A stretch of 37,275 nucleotides of DNA from Cyanobium sp. (GCA_040399485.1 JBBASD010000002.1:7953-45227), one strand, 5' to 3'; positions 1 through 12,977 are shown, numbered from the stretch's first letter. Program-made: numbers and translations. Notes: a model not told the origin generated them from the letters alone.

Positions 1-47
1 AGCCATGGGCTCCGTAGGCTGCTTAACATTGCTCAACCGAAGGCCGC

Positions 48-3000
48 ATGTTTACCCAGGTCCGCTCCGCCAACCGCCGAGTCAGCCCTGAACATGGCGA
101 TCATCGAGCCCTGATGAGGGCTGTCTACGTGGTGCTTGAGCCCCAGTATCAAAACGCCCTGACCACTGCAGCCACCAGCATCAACGAGCAAAACAGTGGC
201 CTGGCGGTTGAGCTGAACGGCTACCTGATTGAAGAGCTGCGAGATCCAGAAAATTATCAACAGTTTTGTGAAGATGTCGCCAATGCCGATGTCTTCATTG
301 CCTCTTTGATTTTCATCGAAGATCTGGCTCAGAAGGTGGTCGAAGCCGTTGCGCCACACCGTGATCATCTCAAAGCTGCCGTGGTGTTTCCCTCAATGCC
401 TGAGGTGATGCGCCTCAACAAGCTCGGCACCTTTTCGATGGCCCAGCTGGGCCAAAGCAAGAGTGCTATTGCCCAGTTCATGAAGAAGCGCAAGGAGAAA
501 GGAGGTAGTGCTGGGTTCCAGGACGCGATGCTCAAGCTGCTGAACACCTTGCCCACAGTCCTGAAATATCTGCCGGTGGAAAAGGCCCAAGACGCCCGCT
601 CCTTCATGCTCAGCTTCCAATACTGGCTCGGGGGAACACCCGACAATCTGCGTAACTTTCTGTTGATGCTGGCTGATAAGTACGTATTCCCCCGTGGGGA
701 AGATGGCCGTCCCCAACTTGATGTGGCCGAACCAGTGGTCTTTCCCGATCTGGGCCTTTGGCATCCCCTGGCTCCGGGCATGTTTGAGGACCTCAAGGAA
801 TACCTCAACTGGAACACCAGTCGTAGCGACCTTAGTGAAAAGGCCAAGCGTGGGCCCGTCATTGGTCTGGTGCTGCAACGCAGCCACATCGTCACCGGTG
901 ATGAAGCCCATTACGTGGCCGTGATTCAAGAATTGGAATACCGCGGCGCAACCGTTATCCCGGTTTTTTGCGGTGGCCTTGATTTCAGCAAGCCGGTAAA
1001 CGCCTTCTTTTACGACCCCCTCAACCCCGAAACCCCTTTGGTAGATGGGGTAGTCAGCCTCACGGGCTTTGCTCTGGTGGGGGGTCCGGCCCGCCAGGAC
1101 CACCCCAAGGCGATCGAAGCCCTCAGCCGGCTCAACAGGCCTTACATGGTCGCCCTGCCCCTGGTATTTCAGACCACTCAGGAATGGGAAGAGAGCGACC
1201 TGGGATTACATCCTGTGCAAGTAGCCCTGCAAATCGCCATTCCCGAGCTGGACGGCGCCATCGAACCGATTGTGCTTTCGGGCCGCGATGACGCCACCGG
1301 CAAGGCCCATACCCTGCAAGATCGGGTGGAAGCAATAGCGGAACGCTCAATTCGCTGGGCCTCGCTGCGCATCAAACCCCGCGCCGCCAAAAAGTTAGCG
1401 ATCACAGTCTTCAGCTTTCCACCAGATAAGGGGAACGTTGGAACAGCCGCCTACCTGGACGTTTTTGGTTCGATCTACCGGGTACTCGAAGAAATGAAGG
1501 CCAAGGGCTACGACGTTCAGGACATGCCTTCCAGCCCGAAGGCCCTGATGAATGCGGTGCTCCAAGATCCGGAAGCCCTGGCAGGGGCCCCGGAACTGGC
1601 CATCGCCCATCGCATGAGCGTGGCCGAGTACGAGCGTCTAACTCCCTACTCAAGCCGTCTCGAAGAGAACTGGGGCAAGCCACCCGGCAATCTCAACTCG
1701 GACGGCACCAATCTTTTGATCTATGGACGACACTTCGGCAACGTATTTGTAGGCGTTCAGCCCACCTTTGGCTACGAAGGTGATCCGATGCGATTGCTTT
1801 ATTCCCGCAGTGCCAGTCCACACCATGGCTTTGCGGCCTATTACACCTATTTAGAAAAAGTCTGGCAAGCCGACGCCGTTCTCCATTTCGGCACCCACGG
1901 CTCTCTTGAGTTCATGCCCGGTAAGCAAATGGGCATGAGCGAAACCTGCTATCCCGACTCCCTGATCGGCTCTCTCCCCAACCTTTATTACTACGCCGCC
2001 AACAATCCTTCCGAGGCCACCATCGCCAAACGGCGGGGCTACGCCGCAACGATCAGTTATCTGACCCCGCCCGCCGAAAATGCTGGTCTCTATAAAGGCC
2101 TTAAAGAATTGGGGGAACTGGTGGGCTCCTACCAACAGCTACGGGAAAGTTCCCGTGGAGTTCAGATCGTCAACGCGATCATTGAAACAGCCCGCCAATG
2201 CAACCTTGATAAGGATGTCGACCTGCCGGCAGTCGACGGCTCCGAACTGAGCCAGGACGAGCGCGATGGCGTAGTCGGCTCGGTATACCGTCAGTTGATG
2301 GAAATCGAGAGCAGGTTGTTACCATGCGGACTGCACACCATCGGCAAACCGCCCACCGCCGAGGAAGCGATCGCCACGCTGGTGAGCATCGCCGCCCTTG
2401 ATCGCGAAGATGAAGAACTACGTTCGTTGCCGGGCCTGTTAGCCGAAGCCAGGGGACGCACGATCGCTGATATCTACAAGGGTAACGACAACGGCATCCT
2501 GGCAGATGTCGAACTCAACCGCACCATCACCGAAACCTGCCGCATAGCGGTTGGGGCCATGGTGCGCCAAGTGACCGGCCAAGATGGGCGTGTCAACTTG
2601 CGGCGTAATTTCGGCTGGTTCTTCGACCTATTCGAGCGCTTTGGTTTCAAGCTGCCCAGTCCCTGGCTGGCGGCCTGCCGTAACGCCGGCTTCGGCGAAG
2701 TCAACCAGATTGAATTGGACAAACAATTCGCCTATCTGCGTTTTTGCCTTGAGCAGATTTGCGCAGATATGGAAATGGAGAGCCTGCTGAAGGCTCTCGA
2801 CGGAGAATACGTTTTACCCGGACCTGGGGGCGATCCGATCCGCAACCCTGGTGTACTGCCCAGTGGCAAAAATATTCACGCCCTAGACCCCCAATCCATT
2901 CCAACCAGGGCCGCAATTGCCTCGGCCAAGGTGGTTGTGGACAGGTTGATCGAGCGACAAAAGGCAGAACAGGGCACCTGGCCTGAAACCATTGCCTGCG

Positions 3001-4052
3001 TGCTATGGGGTACGGATAACATCAAGACCTATGGGGAGTCCCTGGCCCAGATCCTCTGGTTCATCGGTGTGCGACCCATGAGCGATTCCCTGGGTCGGGT
3101 TAATAAACTTGAGCTCATTCCCTTAGAAGAATTGGGTCGCCCCCGTATCGATGTGGTGGTGAATTGTAGTGGTGTCTTCCGAGATCTATTTATCAACCAG
3201 ATGGCCCTGATCGACCAAGGCGTTAAAATGGCAGCGGAGGCCGATGAGCCCCTGGCAATGAACTTTGTGCGCAAGCACAGTCAGGATCAAGCTGCTGAAC
3301 AAGGTATCTCCTTGCGGGAAGCTGCTACACGGGTCTTTTCGAATGCGAGCGGCAGCTACAGTTCCAATGTTAATCTGGCCGTCGAAAATAGCACATGGGA
3401 AGAGGAAGGTGAATTGCAAGAGATGTATTTATCGCGCAAAACCTTCGCTTTTAATGCTGACAATCCTGGCGAAATGAATCAAAATCGAGACGTGTTCGAA
3501 TCCGCTATGAAAACTGCCGATGTCACCTTCCAAAACCTCGATTCAGCAGAAATCTCTCTCACAGATGTCAGCCACTACTTTGATTCCGATCCCACCAAAT
3601 TGATTGCTGGTTTACGGGATGATGGCAAGGCACCGACCAGCTACATCGCTGACACCACAACTGCGAACGCCCAAGTGCGCTCTTTGAGTGAGACCATCCG
3701 CCTTGATTCCCGCACAAAGCTCCTCAATCCCAAATGGTATGAAGGAATGCTCAATTCGGGTTATGAAGGGGTTCGAGAAGTAGCCAAGAGGCTCAACTTC
3801 ACTCTGGGCTGGAGTGCAACAAGTGGCGCTGTGGACAACTTTGTTTATGAAGAAGCCAATGATACTTTTATTAACGACCCCGAAATGCGCCAGCGGCTGA
3901 TGGATCTCAACCCCCACAGCTTCCGTCGAATTGTTAGCACCCTGCTTGAAGTCAATGGTCGCGGCTACTGGGAGACAAGCGCAGAAAACATCGCCCAGCT
4001 TCAGGATATTTACCAGGAGATCGAAGATCGAATCGAAGGAGTTAAAAACTAA
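48..4052 (+). CDS. chlH: Magnesium chelatase subunit H
   Basis: 1334 aa; MFTQVRS start, [65 protein letters not shown]. Confidence 0.98.
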   Translation: MFTQVRSANRRVSPEHGDHRALMRAVYVVLEPQYQNALTTAATSINEQNSGLAVELNGYLIEELRDPENYQQFCEDVANADVFIASLIFIEDLAQKVVEAVAPHRDHLKAAVVFPSMPEVMRLNKLGTFSMAQLGQSKSAIAQFMKKRKEKGGSAGFQDAMLKLLNTLPTVLKYLPVEKAQDARSFMLSFQYWLGGTPDNLRNFLLMLADKYVFPRGEDGRPQLDVAEPVVFPDLGLWHPLAPGMFEDLKEYLNWNTSRSDLSEKAKRGPVIGLVLQRSHIVTGDEAHYVAVIQELEYRGATVIPVFCGGLDFSKPVNAFFYDPLNPETPLVDGVVSLTGFALVGGPARQDHPKAIEALSRLNRPYMVALPLVFQTTQEWEESDLGLHPVQVALQIAIPELDGAIEPIVLSGRDDATGKAHTLQDRVEAIAERSIRWASLRIKPRAAKKLAITVFSFPPDKGNVGTAAYLDVFGSIYRVLEEMKAKGYDVQDMPSSPKALMNAVLQDPEALAGAPELAIAHRMSVAEYERLTPYSSRLEENWGKPPGNLNSDGTNLLIYGRHFGNVFVGVQPTFGYEGDPMRLLYSRSASPHHGFAAYYTYLEKVWQADAVLHFGTHGSLEFMPGKQMGMSETCYPDSLIGSLPNLYYYAANNPSEATIAKRRGYAATISYLTPPAENAGLYKGLKELGELVGSYQQLRESSRGVQIVNAIIETARQCNLDKDVDLPAVDGSELSQDERDGVVGSVYRQLMEIESRLLPCGLHTIGKPPTAEEAIATLVSIAALDREDEELRSLPGLLAEARGRTIADIYKGNDNGILADVELNRTITETCRIAVGAMVRQVTGQDGRVNLRRNFGWFFDLFERFGFKLPSPWLAACRNAGFGEVNQIELDKQFAYLRFCLEQICADMEMESLLKALDGEYVLPGPGGDPIRNPGVLPSGKNIHALDPQSIPTRAAIASAKVVVDRLIERQKAEQGTWPETIACVLWGTDNIKTYGESLAQILWFIGVRPMSDSLGRVNKLELIPLEELGRPRIDVVVNCSGVFRDLFINQMALIDQGVKMAAEADEPLAMNFVRKHSQDQAAEQGISLREAATRVFSNASGSYSSNVNLAVENSTWEEEGELQEMYLSRKTFAFNADNPGEMNQNRDVFESAMKTADVTFQNLDSAEISLTDVSHYFDSDPTKLIAGLRDDGKAPTSYIADTTTANAQVRSLSETIRLDSRTKLLNPKWYEGMLNSGYEGVREVAKRLNFTLGWSATSGAVDNFVYEEANDTFINDPEMRQRLMDLNPHSFRRIVSTLLEVNGRGYWETSAENIAQLQDIYQEIEDRIEGVKN

Positions 4053-4070
4053 ATCAAATTCTTGATTTTT
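4051..4070. terminator. AT-rich inverted repeat between convergent chlH and oxidoreductase genes; possible weak terminator
   Basis: AAATCAA-attc-TTGATTT (4051-4068) followed by TT, in the 22-bp gap between two stop codons; the stem is almost all A-T. Confidence 0.3.
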
Positions 4071-4074
4071 CCAT

Positions 4075-5178
4075 CTATAGCACCACTTGGTGCCCACCCG
4101 CCGACTCGCGAGCGGCGTCGCAACAACGCTGGCTGGCTGCCGCCTCCGCCAGCCCCGGCACCATCGGACGCCCCTCCCTGATTGCCGCCGCCCAACTGCC
4201 AATCAGCCGCCGCACCGGCGCAATCCGCCCATCACTCCAGGTGTGGGGAAAAGCCAGGGCCGGATCCGCGATGAGTTCCGTAAGCCCCGGTTCCCCAGGG
4301 TGCCCTCGCCACAGCCGGAAACCATGGACATAGTCCGCTTGGTTGGGAGAACCCAGCACAAAGGTGGCATCACTGCCATGGAGTTCAAGCCAGCAGCCGC
4401 GTCCGTGGCGGGCCACCGAGGCCAGGCTGAGCTGGGCTGGCACCCTTCGGCCCCAACCATCTTCCAATAGGAGCTGCACCAGGGCGATGTCCTCGGCGTC
4501 CACGGTGGCCATGGGGCCACCTTCTCCCAGGGGACGCTCGCCAATCGCCGTACTTAGGCAGGCCTGGAGGCAACGGCTTGGGCCCACCAGCCAATGCAAC
4601 ATGTCAAAAGCATGGGTGCCAAGGGCCCCCAGCACGCCGCCGCCGGCTGCCGTTTGGGAATACCAGCTCCAAGGGCGGCCGGCGTCGGCCCGACTGGCCA
4701 TCAGCCAGTCGAGCTTGACAAGCCAGGGTTCGCCAAGGGCCCCTTCGGCCAACAGGGTTGCCAATTGCTGGAATAAAGGCACGGCTCGATATTCAAAATC
4801 CACAGCCACCGCACAGCCCTGTTGCAAGGCCAACTTTTGCAGGGCCACCACCTGGTCGCTGTGGAGGGCCACCGGCTTTTCGAGCAGCAAATGTTTGCCG
4901 GCCCGCAGCGCCGCTTGGGCCAGGGCAAAACGGGCGGCGGGCGGCGTGGCGATCACCACCGCATCTAGGGCGGGATCAGCCAGCATCGTCTCAAAATCAG
5001 TAAAACCAGGCAGGTCCGCTCCAGGGCAAACCGCATCAAGCCTCTCCTGGCGAGGATGCCAAAGGGCCACAGGCTCGGTGGCAGGGCAATCGCGCAGGGC
5101 CGGCAGATGGACGGCTGCACCAAATCCCAACCCGGCAACGGCAACCCGCAGGGGCCCGTTGGCAAGGAGCTCAGCCAC
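4075..5178 (-). CDS. Gfo/Idh/MocA family NAD(P)-dependent oxidoreductase
   Basis: Rossmann motif VAVAGLGFG, DAVVIATPP, GKHLLLEKP, GGGVLGALGTHAFD. Confidence 0.9.
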   Translation of the reverse strand: MAELLANGPLRVAVAGLGFGAAVHLPALRDCPATEPVALWHPRQERLDAVCPGADLPGFTDFETMLADPALDAVVIATPPAARFALAQAALRAGKHLLLEKPVALHSDQVVALQKLALQQGCAVAVDFEYRAVPLFQQLATLLAEGALGEPWLVKLDWLMASRADAGRPWSWYSQTAAGGGVLGALGTHAFDMLHWLVGPSRCLQACLSTAIGERPLGEGGPMATVDAEDIALVQLLLEDGWGRRVPAQLSLASVARHGRGCWLELHGSDATFVLGSPNQADYVHGFRLWRGHPGEPGLTELIADPALAFPHTWSDGRIAPVRRLIGSWAAAIREGRPMVPGLAEAAASQRCCDAARESAGGHQVVL

Positions 5179-5701
5179 GGGAGCCCTCCTGGGGCTGGAG
5201 CAGGTTGGCCCCGGCGGCGCACACCTCGTTTATGAGTCGTCGCACCAAATCATCGGGCCCGGCCGGCTGCCAGGGGGAACCCCAGCGGGGCAAACCGTTG
5301 ACCGCTAAGTCCCGGTAAAGAGCCTGTTCACAGTCCAGCTCCATCACGTAAAGGCTCCCAGGGGCCTGGCGGGGGGATTGGGGACCAGGGTCTGGGCCAT
5401 TTGTGGGTTGTGCAATAGCCCCTGCCGAGGGAGCGGCGGCGTCAGGGGCAGGGGTCGGGGCGGGCTGGAAGCGACTCAAAACAGTCAAATGTCCCTGGCG
5501 TGAAAGACGCAGGCTGCCAGAATCCCACCACTGGCGACCCTCGGTGCTGGCGGGCAGCTCCTGCCAGGTCACTGGACCGGCCCAGCCGGGCCTAACCGGA
5601 CTGAGCACCAAGGCCCCTGGCAGCAGCAGCAGGCCCACCAACAGCCAAGCAGCAGCCATAGCAGTAAGCCGTCGCAACCCAGTCCAAAGTTGAGGAATCA
5701 C
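5171..5701 (-). CDS. Conserved hypothetical exported protein with two Cys and a Pro/Ala-rich insert
   Basis: Hydrophobic N-terminal signal; ATG overlaps the accD stop (ATGA); [11 protein letters not shown] and LYVMELDC...EVC pattern. Confidence 0.75.
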   Translation of the reverse strand: MIPQLWTGLRRLTAMAAAWLLVGLLLLPGALVLSPVRPGWAGPVTWQELPASTEGRQWWDSGSLRLSRQGHLTVLSRFQPAPTPAPDAAAPSAGAIAQPTNGPDPGPQSPRQAPGSLYVMELDCEQALYRDLAVNGLPRWGSPWQPAGPDDLVRRLINEVCAAGANLLQPQEGSRG

Positions 5702-6588
5702 AGGGTCACAGGCACGGACTGGCGCACCACCCCGTGCAATTCGAGCAGCACAGCCAGGGTGGACCTCAGCTCGGTGCGGGGAACGATGGCATCGACAAAA
5801 CCATGATCCTGCAGGTACTCGGCCGTCTGGAATCCCTCAGGTAACTTTTCCCTGAGGGTCTGTTCAATTACACGCCGGCCCGCAAAACCAATCAGGGCCT
5901 TAGGTTCGGCCAAAATGAGGTCGCCCAGCATGGCAAAGCTGGCAGTAACCCCACCTGTGGTTGGATGGGTGAGCAAGGGAAGATAGAGAAGTTTGGCCTG
6001 CCGGTGGTGCTGCAGGGCACCGGAAATTTTCGCCATCTGCATGAGGCTGAGCATGCCTTCTTGCATGCGGGCGCCACCGGAGGCACAAACAATCATCAAG
6101 GGATAGCGGCGAACCGTGGCCTCTTCCACCAGCCGCGTGAGCTTTTCGCCCACGACAGACCCCATCGAACCGCCCATGAAGCGGAAATCCATCACTCCCA
6201 GGGCCAAGGGCAATCCCTGCAGCCGGCACAACCCTGTTACCACGGCATCCCGCAACCCCGTAGCTGCCTGGGCGTCGCGCAGGCGATCGGTGTAGCTGCG
6301 ACGATCCTTGAAGGCCAGGGGATCGGTGGGGGACATCTCAACGTCCAGGGGCTCGAAACTGCCCTCGTCGGCCAGTAACCGGATGCGCTCGGCACTGTCA
6401 ATGCGGTTGTGGTAACCGCAGGCCTTGCAGACGCTGGCATGGGCGATCAGGTCCTTGCGGTAGACCACCTCCCCGCATTCGGGACATTTGCTCCAAAGGC
6501 CATCGCCCTCATCACTTTCAGGAACCTGGTTAGGCCGCACCGCCGGAGCGTTCTTGCGGCGATCAGCGAACCAGTCGAATAGCGACAT
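5698..6588 (-). CDS. accD: Acetyl-CoA carboxylase carboxyltransferase beta subunit
   Basis: [12 protein letters not shown] start (ATG 6588), C4 zinc finger CPEC...[35 protein letters not shown]. Confidence 0.98.
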   Translation of the reverse strand: MSLFDWFADRRKNAPAVRPNQVPESDEGDGLWSKCPECGEVVYRKDLIAHASVCKACGYHNRIDSAERIRLLADEGSFEPLDVEMSPTDPLAFKDRRSYTDRLRDAQAATGLRDAVVTGLCRLQGLPLALGVMDFRFMGGSMGSVVGEKLTRLVEEATVRRYPLMIVCASGGARMQEGMLSLMQMAKISGALQHHRQAKLLYLPLLTHPTTGGVTASFAMLGDLILAEPKALIGFAGRRVIEQTLREKLPEGFQTAEYLQDHGFVDAIVPRTELRSTLAVLLELHGVVRQSVPVTL

Positions 6589-6647
6589 CGGGAGGGTAAT
6601 GGACTGGGAGGGGACCACCCCCCATTTAAGAACCTGGAGCTACCGCT

Positions 6648-7478
6648 TCAAGGTCGCGGCAGCAGAAGATCCAGCCAGAAGCGGGATCCAGCCCACCAAA
6701 CCGCCAGGGTGCCGGCGGCCAGGAACGGGCCAAAGGCCAAGGCCTGGCCCCGCCGCAGCCGGCCCGTCAACCGCCCGATCAAGCCGATCAGACCACCGGA
6801 AATCACCGCCAAAGCCACCGCCAATCCAAGCCCCAACGGCCCCAACCAGGCACCCATCAGGGCCGCCAGCTTGGCGTCACCCAATCCCAATGCCGGTTTG
6901 CCGAAGGCGCGTGCGGCCAAGGCGCTGCAGAGCTCGAAACCCAAAAGCCCCATGGCCGCCGCCAGAAGATGGGAAAAAAGCAACGAGCGGCCGATCGTCG
7001 GACCCTGCTGGAAACCGAGGAGGGCCGTCACGGCCAAGCCGGTGACAAGCCCCCAGCGACAAAGTGGTTCGGGCAACCAGAGGCTGTCGAGATCGATCAG
7101 CACCAGCGGAATCAGCCAACTCACCAAGACCCAGCCGGCCAGCAACAGCATCAAGGAATCCGGGGCAGGACCCATGGCCGCTGGTTGGGCCACCAGGGTG
7201 ATAACCCACAGCAGGGCGCAGGCCGATTCCACCAACGGATACCGCCTGGAAATGGGGGCCTTGCAATACCGACAGCGACCTCGTAACCACAGCCAAGAGA
7301 GAACCGGCACGTTGTCCCACCAGGCCAAGGTGGTGCCGCAGCGGGGGCAGTGGCTGGAGGGCCAGAGGATGGATTCCTGGCGCGGTAATCGCCAAGTGAC
7401 CACATTGAGAAAACTTCCAACTGCCGCCCCCAACAGGGCAGTGATCAGGGCAGGGGCCAGCGGCATCAATGGGGCCAT
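6648..7478 (-). CDS. pilD: Prepilin peptidase / N-methyltransferase (A24)
   Basis: GSFLNVVTWRLP, SHCPRC, GRCRYC, IDLD, GLGDAKL, AFGPFLA; start taken at ATG 7478 (7466 is an alternative). Confidence 0.93.
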   Translation of the reverse strand: MAPLMPLAPALITALLGAAVGSFLNVVTWRLPRQESILWPSSHCPRCGTTLAWWDNVPVLSWLWLRGRCRYCKAPISRRYPLVESACALLWVITLVAQPAAMGPAPDSLMLLLAGWVLVSWLIPLVLIDLDSLWLPEPLCRWGLVTGLAVTALLGFQQGPTIGRSLLFSHLLAAAMGLLGFELCSALAARAFGKPALGLGDAKLAALMGAWLGPLGLGLAVALAVISGGLIGLIGRLTGRLRRGQALAFGPFLAAGTLAVWWAGSRFWLDLLLPRP

Positions 7479-7483
7479 GGCGG

Positions 7484-7750
7484 TTAGCTGGTCCAACGGG
7501 GTGTGCCGCCCCGGGGGGAGCGGGAACGGGTTTGGGTCCGAACCCGCAACCATTCAATGGGCACGAACTGTTCTTGCGGCAGCAGCACCGGTAGATCAAA
7601 TACCACCCGGCCTTGGCGACTTTCAGCCACCATGACGACCCCGGCTGGTTCAACGCCCGCAGGGCCACTGGAAAGAAAGGCGTGATAAACCTGGCGAGCC
7701 GAGCCCAACAGTTCGCGACTATTGATGCGATCCAGTCTGAGGGGAGTCAC
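7484..7750 (-). CDS. Small conserved picocyanobacterial hypothetical protein
   Basis: GRVVFDLPVLLPQEQFVP motif; stop lies 5 nt before the pilD start. Start uncertain: GTG 7750 chosen, ORF open to 7927. Confidence 0.6.
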   Translation of the reverse strand: MTPLRLDRINSRELLGSARQVYHAFLSSGPAGVEPAGVVMVAESRQGRVVFDLPVLLPQEQFVPIEWLRVRTQTRSRSPRGGTPRWTS

Positions 7751-7972
7751 AGCCCAAGGGACCGCGCTCAGCTCGGCGTTGCGATCTGCCTGGCGACCAG
7801 CCGTCTGATTCCCATCCAGCGATCGAGCCGGGCCGATCAGAAAAGAGGGAGAAAGAGGAGAGCCAGGTTGACCGGAGGCTGAATTGGCAGATGGGGAGAT
7901 GATAGGTGGACGGTGACCGTTGATCACCCGACCTTGGCCGCAAGTGTAGGTGCGAAAGGTTCGCTCTGGCGA

Positions 7973-8878
7973 CTATTTAGCAGCGATCTTCTTTTCCTCA
8001 AGCATGCGATGGATGATCGGAGTCAGGATGATCTCCATGGCAAAACCCATCTTGCCGCCGTTGACAACGAGGCTTGTGGGGCTCGACATGAATGAGTCGT
8101 GGATCATGCGGAGCAGGTACTGGAAATCAATGCCCCACTTCTCGCGAGCTCCGCGACGGAAGTGAATGATCACAAAACTTTCGTCCGGCGTGGGAATGCT
8201 GCGGCAGATGAAAGGGTTTGAGGTATCGACCGTCGGCACCCGCTGAAAGTTGATGTCGGTACGGCTGAATTGGGGTGTGATGTGATTGATGTAGTCGGGC
8301 ATCCGCCGCAAAATGGTGTCCACGATCGCTTCAGCCGAATAGCCGCGCTCGGCATTGTCCCGCTGGATCTTCTGGATCCACTCCAGGTTGGCGATCGGTA
8401 CCACCCCCACCAGGAGATCGGCATAACGGGCCACGTCATAGCCGTCGCCGACGACTCCGCCGTGCAGCCCCTCGTAAAACAGCAGGTCGGTCTGATCTGG
8501 AATCGACTCCCAGGGAGTGAATTGGCCCGGTTCCAGGTTGGTACCAAGACGGGCGTTGTGATCGCTAGCCTCCTCTACGGAGTGAAGGTAGTAGCGCTTC
8601 TGCCCACCGCCGGTTTCGCCGTAGACCCGAAATAATTCTTCGAGCTTGTCAAAAAGGTTGGCCTCGGGTCCGAAATGGGAGAAGTTCTCACCGGATTGCA
8701 ACGCCCTTTGCATGGCCTCCTTCATGGGGCCCCGCTCGTAGCGGTGGTAGCTGTCACCTTCCACCACCGCAGGATGCAAGCCTTCGCGGGTGAAGATGTG
8801 TTCGAAGGCCCGTTTCACGGTGCTTGTTCCGGCTCCGGAGGACCCGGTGACGGCGACGACCGGATGACGCTTCGACAT
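7973..8878 (-). CDS. prk: Phosphoribulokinase, proteobacterial (CbbP-like) type
   Basis: MSKRHPVVAVTGSSGAGTS, EGDSYHRY, LLFYEGLHG, DINFQRVPTVDTSNPF. Confidence 0.96.
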   Translation of the reverse strand: MSKRHPVVAVTGSSGAGTSTVKRAFEHIFTREGLHPAVVEGDSYHRYERGPMKEAMQRALQSGENFSHFGPEANLFDKLEELFRVYGETGGGQKRYYLHSVEEASDHNARLGTNLEPGQFTPWESIPDQTDLLFYEGLHGGVVGDGYDVARYADLLVGVVPIANLEWIQKIQRDNAERGYSAEAIVDTILRRMPDYINHITPQFSRTDINFQRVPTVDTSNPFICRSIPTPDESFVIIHFRRGAREKWGIDFQYLLRMIHDSFMSSPTSLVVNGGKMGFAMEIILTPIIHRMLEEKKIAAK

Positions 8879-8943
8879 CGACGCTCAGGGGGTAGAGACG
8901 ACAGCGAGTTTCGCAGATCGTCGGCCCCACTCTGGCAATTTCC

Positions 8944-10032
<1,089 letters not shown>

Positions 10033-10077
10033 CGGGGGGCTGGCAAGGGTGTAATGCGGTGGTGGACGCACCGGACG

Positions 10078-10116
10078 GGGCCTTTCGACTGGGTTTTGGC
10101 CGGGCCTTTCGGCTGG
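10078..10116. repeat. Two 15-nt direct repeats (1 mismatch, period 24) in the lpxD-leuB spacer
   Basis: GGGCCTTTCGACTGG (10078-10092) and GGGCCTTTCGGCTGG (10102-10116). Confidence 0.7.
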
Positions 10117-10160
10117 CCGAGATTACCCACTCCCCAGCGGCAACCCGAGACCAGCGCCCT

Positions 10161-11219
10161 TCATTCAGGCTCCCTGGTCTCTGTTCCCAGGCGGGCCTGC
10201 AACAGCCTCACGGTACGGGCCATTTCAGGCAGGCGATTGAAGGCGGCCGAGCAGCGCAGCCAGAGACGATTGGGAATCGCTGGGTAGCCGCTGACCACTT
10301 CACCGGCAGCGACCTCCCCATGGATGCCGGATTTCGAGGAGGCGATGGCGCCATCCCCGATGCGGGCCCGATTGGCCACTCCCACCTGGCCCGCCAGAAT
10401 CACCCCGTTGCCCAGCACCGCACCCCCGGCGATTCCCACCTGGGCGGCAAGGGCACAGCCGCGGCCCAGGTGGACCCCATGGCCCACATGGACCAGGTTG
10501 TCGATCTTGCTGCCCTCCCCAAGGCGGGTCTCCCCCACGGCGGGCCGATCCACCATGGAGCCGCAACCCACCTCAACTGCGTCCTCCAGCACCACCCGAC
10601 CGGTCTGGGGCATCTTGCGCCAGCCGCTGGGGGTGGGCACAAAACCAAAACCCTCCGAACCAATCACCGCGGCGGAGTGGATGACACAACTGCGCCCGAG
10701 GCGACTACCGGGGTGCAGGACCGCATTGGCATGGACCTCACAATCCTCACCGAGATGAACATCCTCATAGAGGACACAGCCAGGGTGAAGCGTGCTGCCA
10801 TGGCCGATGAGACAGCCCGCCCCAACGACCACCCGGGGACCCACATGCACCCCCGCCCCCAGCCGGGCGGAAGGGTCGATGACAGCGCTGGGGTGCACCC
10901 CAGCAGGGGTACGGGGACGGGGATTAAGGGCCCCAAGGGCCTCTGCGAACCCCAGGCGAGGGTCGGCCATGGCGACCCAGGCCATGCCCCGCTCCGTGGC
11001 TTGGCGCTGCAGGTCCGCCTCGAGGGGCAACAACACGGCGGCAGCTTCACTGGAGGCAAGTGACGAGGCCATGGCATTGCCCGCCTCCAAAAACGCCAAC
11101 TGACCTGGTCCAGCCAGCTCAAGGGACTGACCCACCAACAGCTCGGGATCAAGACCCAGATGGCGAGGCGTGGCCACCCCCACCTGGCTGATTCTGGTGA
11201 GCAGATCGCTGAAACGCAT
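10161..11219 (-). CDS. lpxD: UDP-3-O-(3-hydroxymyristoyl)glucosamine N-acyltransferase
   Basis: Hexapeptide repeats, [31 protein letters not shown]; ATG at 11219. Confidence 0.96.
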   Translation of the reverse strand: MRFSDLLTRISQVGVATPRHLGLDPELLVGQSLELAGPGQLAFLEAGNAMASSLASSEAAAVLLPLEADLQRQATERGMAWVAMADPRLGFAEALGALNPRPRTPAGVHPSAVIDPSARLGAGVHVGPRVVVGAGCLIGHGSTLHPGCVLYEDVHLGEDCEVHANAVLHPGSRLGRSCVIHSAAVIGSEGFGFVPTPSGWRKMPQTGRVVLEDAVEVGCGSMVDRPAVGETRLGEGSKIDNLVHVGHGVHLGRGCALAAQVGIAGGAVLGNGVILAGQVGVANRARIGDGAIASSKSGIHGEVAAGEVVSGYPAIPNRLWLRCSAAFNRLPEMARTVRLLQARLGTETREPE

Positions 11220-11286
11220 ACCCCTTAACCGGCCAGGGCCGGATCGTAAAGCCGGGGCCCGGCGACCGGGGCAAGCCGCCAGGGCC

Positions 11287-12456
11287 TCAGCCCTCGGGGG
11301 ACCTGGCATCGCTAGGCGCTATCTCATCGGAACAGACCTGATTCAAGACCAACTGGTCCCGGTGCACCACCTCCTCGCTGATCGCCCCCAACCGTTCGCG
11401 GATCTCCTCGCTGCTCAGCCCCAGAATCTGGCGCAATTCATCACTGCTGAACTCGCTCAAACCGCGGCCCAGCTCACGCCCATCGGGGGCCAGCAAGCGC
11501 ACCGGTTGCTGGCGAGAAAAGGACCCCTCCACCGCCTTGATCCCAACCGCCAGCAATGAGGCACCCTTATGTACAAGGGCGCGCTCCGCCCCTGCATCGA
11601 GCCGCAGGCTGCCGGCCGGCAGCAGGGCATGGGCCAGCCAACCTTTGCGATCAGACAGGGGAGTCAAGCTGGGATGAAACAGGGTCCCTACCGGGTCACC
11701 GGCCAACAGGGCATCAAGCACCGTCGGATCGCGGCCATCGGCCAGGCGTACCTTCACACCACTGGCGGTGGCGATGCGGGCGGCGGTGAGTTTGGTACCC
11801 ATGCCCCCAGTGCCCCATCGGCCCCCATCCCCGGCCACCCCCTGAAGCTGGTCAATCTCCTCGGGGCCCCACACCTCCAGAATCGGCTGTGCCTGGGGAT
11901 CATGGCGGGGATCGCCCGAATAAAGACGGTCAACATCGGTAAGCAGCACCAGTTCCTGGGCCCCGACAGCTACCGCCACCAGCGCCGAGAGGGTGTCGTT
12001 GTCGCCAAAGCGGAGCTCATCGGTAGCGAGGGTGTCGTTTTCGTTGATGATGGGGATCACTCCCCAGGCCAGCAGTTGCTCAAGGGTGCGACAAGCCCTT
12101 CGATAGCGGCCCCTGGAGGCCAGATCACCCCGAGTCAGCAGCACCTGGGCCACCGTCAGCCCCCGAACGGCAAAGGCATCTTGATAAAGGGCCATCAAAT
12201 GGCCCTGGCCCACCGCCGCCGCCGCTTGCAGCGCCACCACATCAACGGGGCGACGGGCCAGGGCCATGGCTTGGCAGCCCAAACCAACCGCGCCACTTGT
12301 CACCAAGGCAAAGACATCACCAATATGGCGCCGGCGGGCCAGGCTGGCCGCCAGGTCAGCAATGACGGCAGCGGTGGGCCTTTGGCTGTCTCCACGCAAG
12401 AGACTTGTACCCACTTTGATAACGCGGCGCTGTTGGGCCGCAAGGGCGTGCTCCAT
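11287..12456 (-). CDS. proB: Glutamate 5-kinase with PUA domain
   Basis: [38 protein letters not shown]-terminal VVHRDQLV. Confidence 0.97.
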   Translation of the reverse strand: MEHALAAQQRRVIKVGTSLLRGDSQRPTAAVIADLAASLARRRHIGDVFALVTSGAVGLGCQAMALARRPVDVVALQAAAAVGQGHLMALYQDAFAVRGLTVAQVLLTRGDLASRGRYRRACRTLEQLLAWGVIPIINENDTLATDELRFGDNDTLSALVAVAVGAQELVLLTDVDRLYSGDPRHDPQAQPILEVWGPEEIDQLQGVAGDGGRWGTGGMGTKLTAARIATASGVKVRLADGRDPTVLDALLAGDPVGTLFHPSLTPLSDRKGWLAHALLPAGSLRLDAGAERALVHKGASLLAVGIKAVEGSFSRQQPVRLLAPDGRELGRGLSEFSSDELRQILGLSSEEIRERLGAISEEVVHRDQLVLNQVCSDEIAPSDARSPEG

Positions 12457-12977
12457 CAGGAAGGGTTGGTGGTGCCCAACCAGCGGGCCATGCGCAATTC
12501 CAGATTCTGCAACTGGTTATGGCGGCAGGGTTGACCCAACGGGTCAATCGGTTTGACCAACACGGTGAACAGACCCAAGCGATTGCCCGCCAACACATCG
12601 GTAAAAAGACGGTCACCCAGCAGGGCCACCTGGGCGGGGGGCAATCCGAGATCGCTTAGCACCCTCCTGAGGGCACCTCGCCGCGGCTTGGCGGCGGAGA
12701 TGGTGTAAGGCAAGCCGAGCGGTTCAGCTACAGAGGCGATGCGCCGCCGGCTGGGATTGTTGCTCAGCAAGTGGATTGGCAATTTTGCCTGGGCCTGGCG
12801 CAGCCATGATTCGACACTTGGGGGTATCTCGGCCTGCCGACGGGGCAAGAGGGTGCGGTCCACATCAATCACTAGGGCACCAATCGAATGGCCGGCCCGA
12901 TGGAAAAGCTCATCAAGGGAGAGATGGGCCACCGTGGTGGCCGGTGCCCACCCAGGGGTGAGGAGCTTGGCCAACAT
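12456..12977 (-). CDS. yqeG: YqeG family HAD IIIA phosphatase
   Basis: DVDRTL, LSNN, AAKP, GDRLFTDVLAGNRLG. Confidence 0.9.
   Translation of the reverse strand: MLAKLLTPGWAPATTVAHLSLDELFHRAGHSIGALVIDVDRTLLPRRQAEIPPSVESWLRQAQAKLPIHLLSNNPSRRRIASVAEPLGLPYTISAAKPRRGALRRVLSDLGLPPAQVALLGDRLFTDVLAGNRLGLFTVLVKPIDPLGQPCRHNQLQNLELRMARWLGTTNPS

Noticed and set aside
1-47. CAT at 4-6 as the start of a divergent gene upstream of chlH
   Set aside because: Only two codons fall inside the window, so it cannot be supported.
4075-5178. Calling the Gfo/Idh/MocA gene biliverdin reductase (bvdR)
   Set aside because: Same fold family, but I see no BvdR-specific sequence features.
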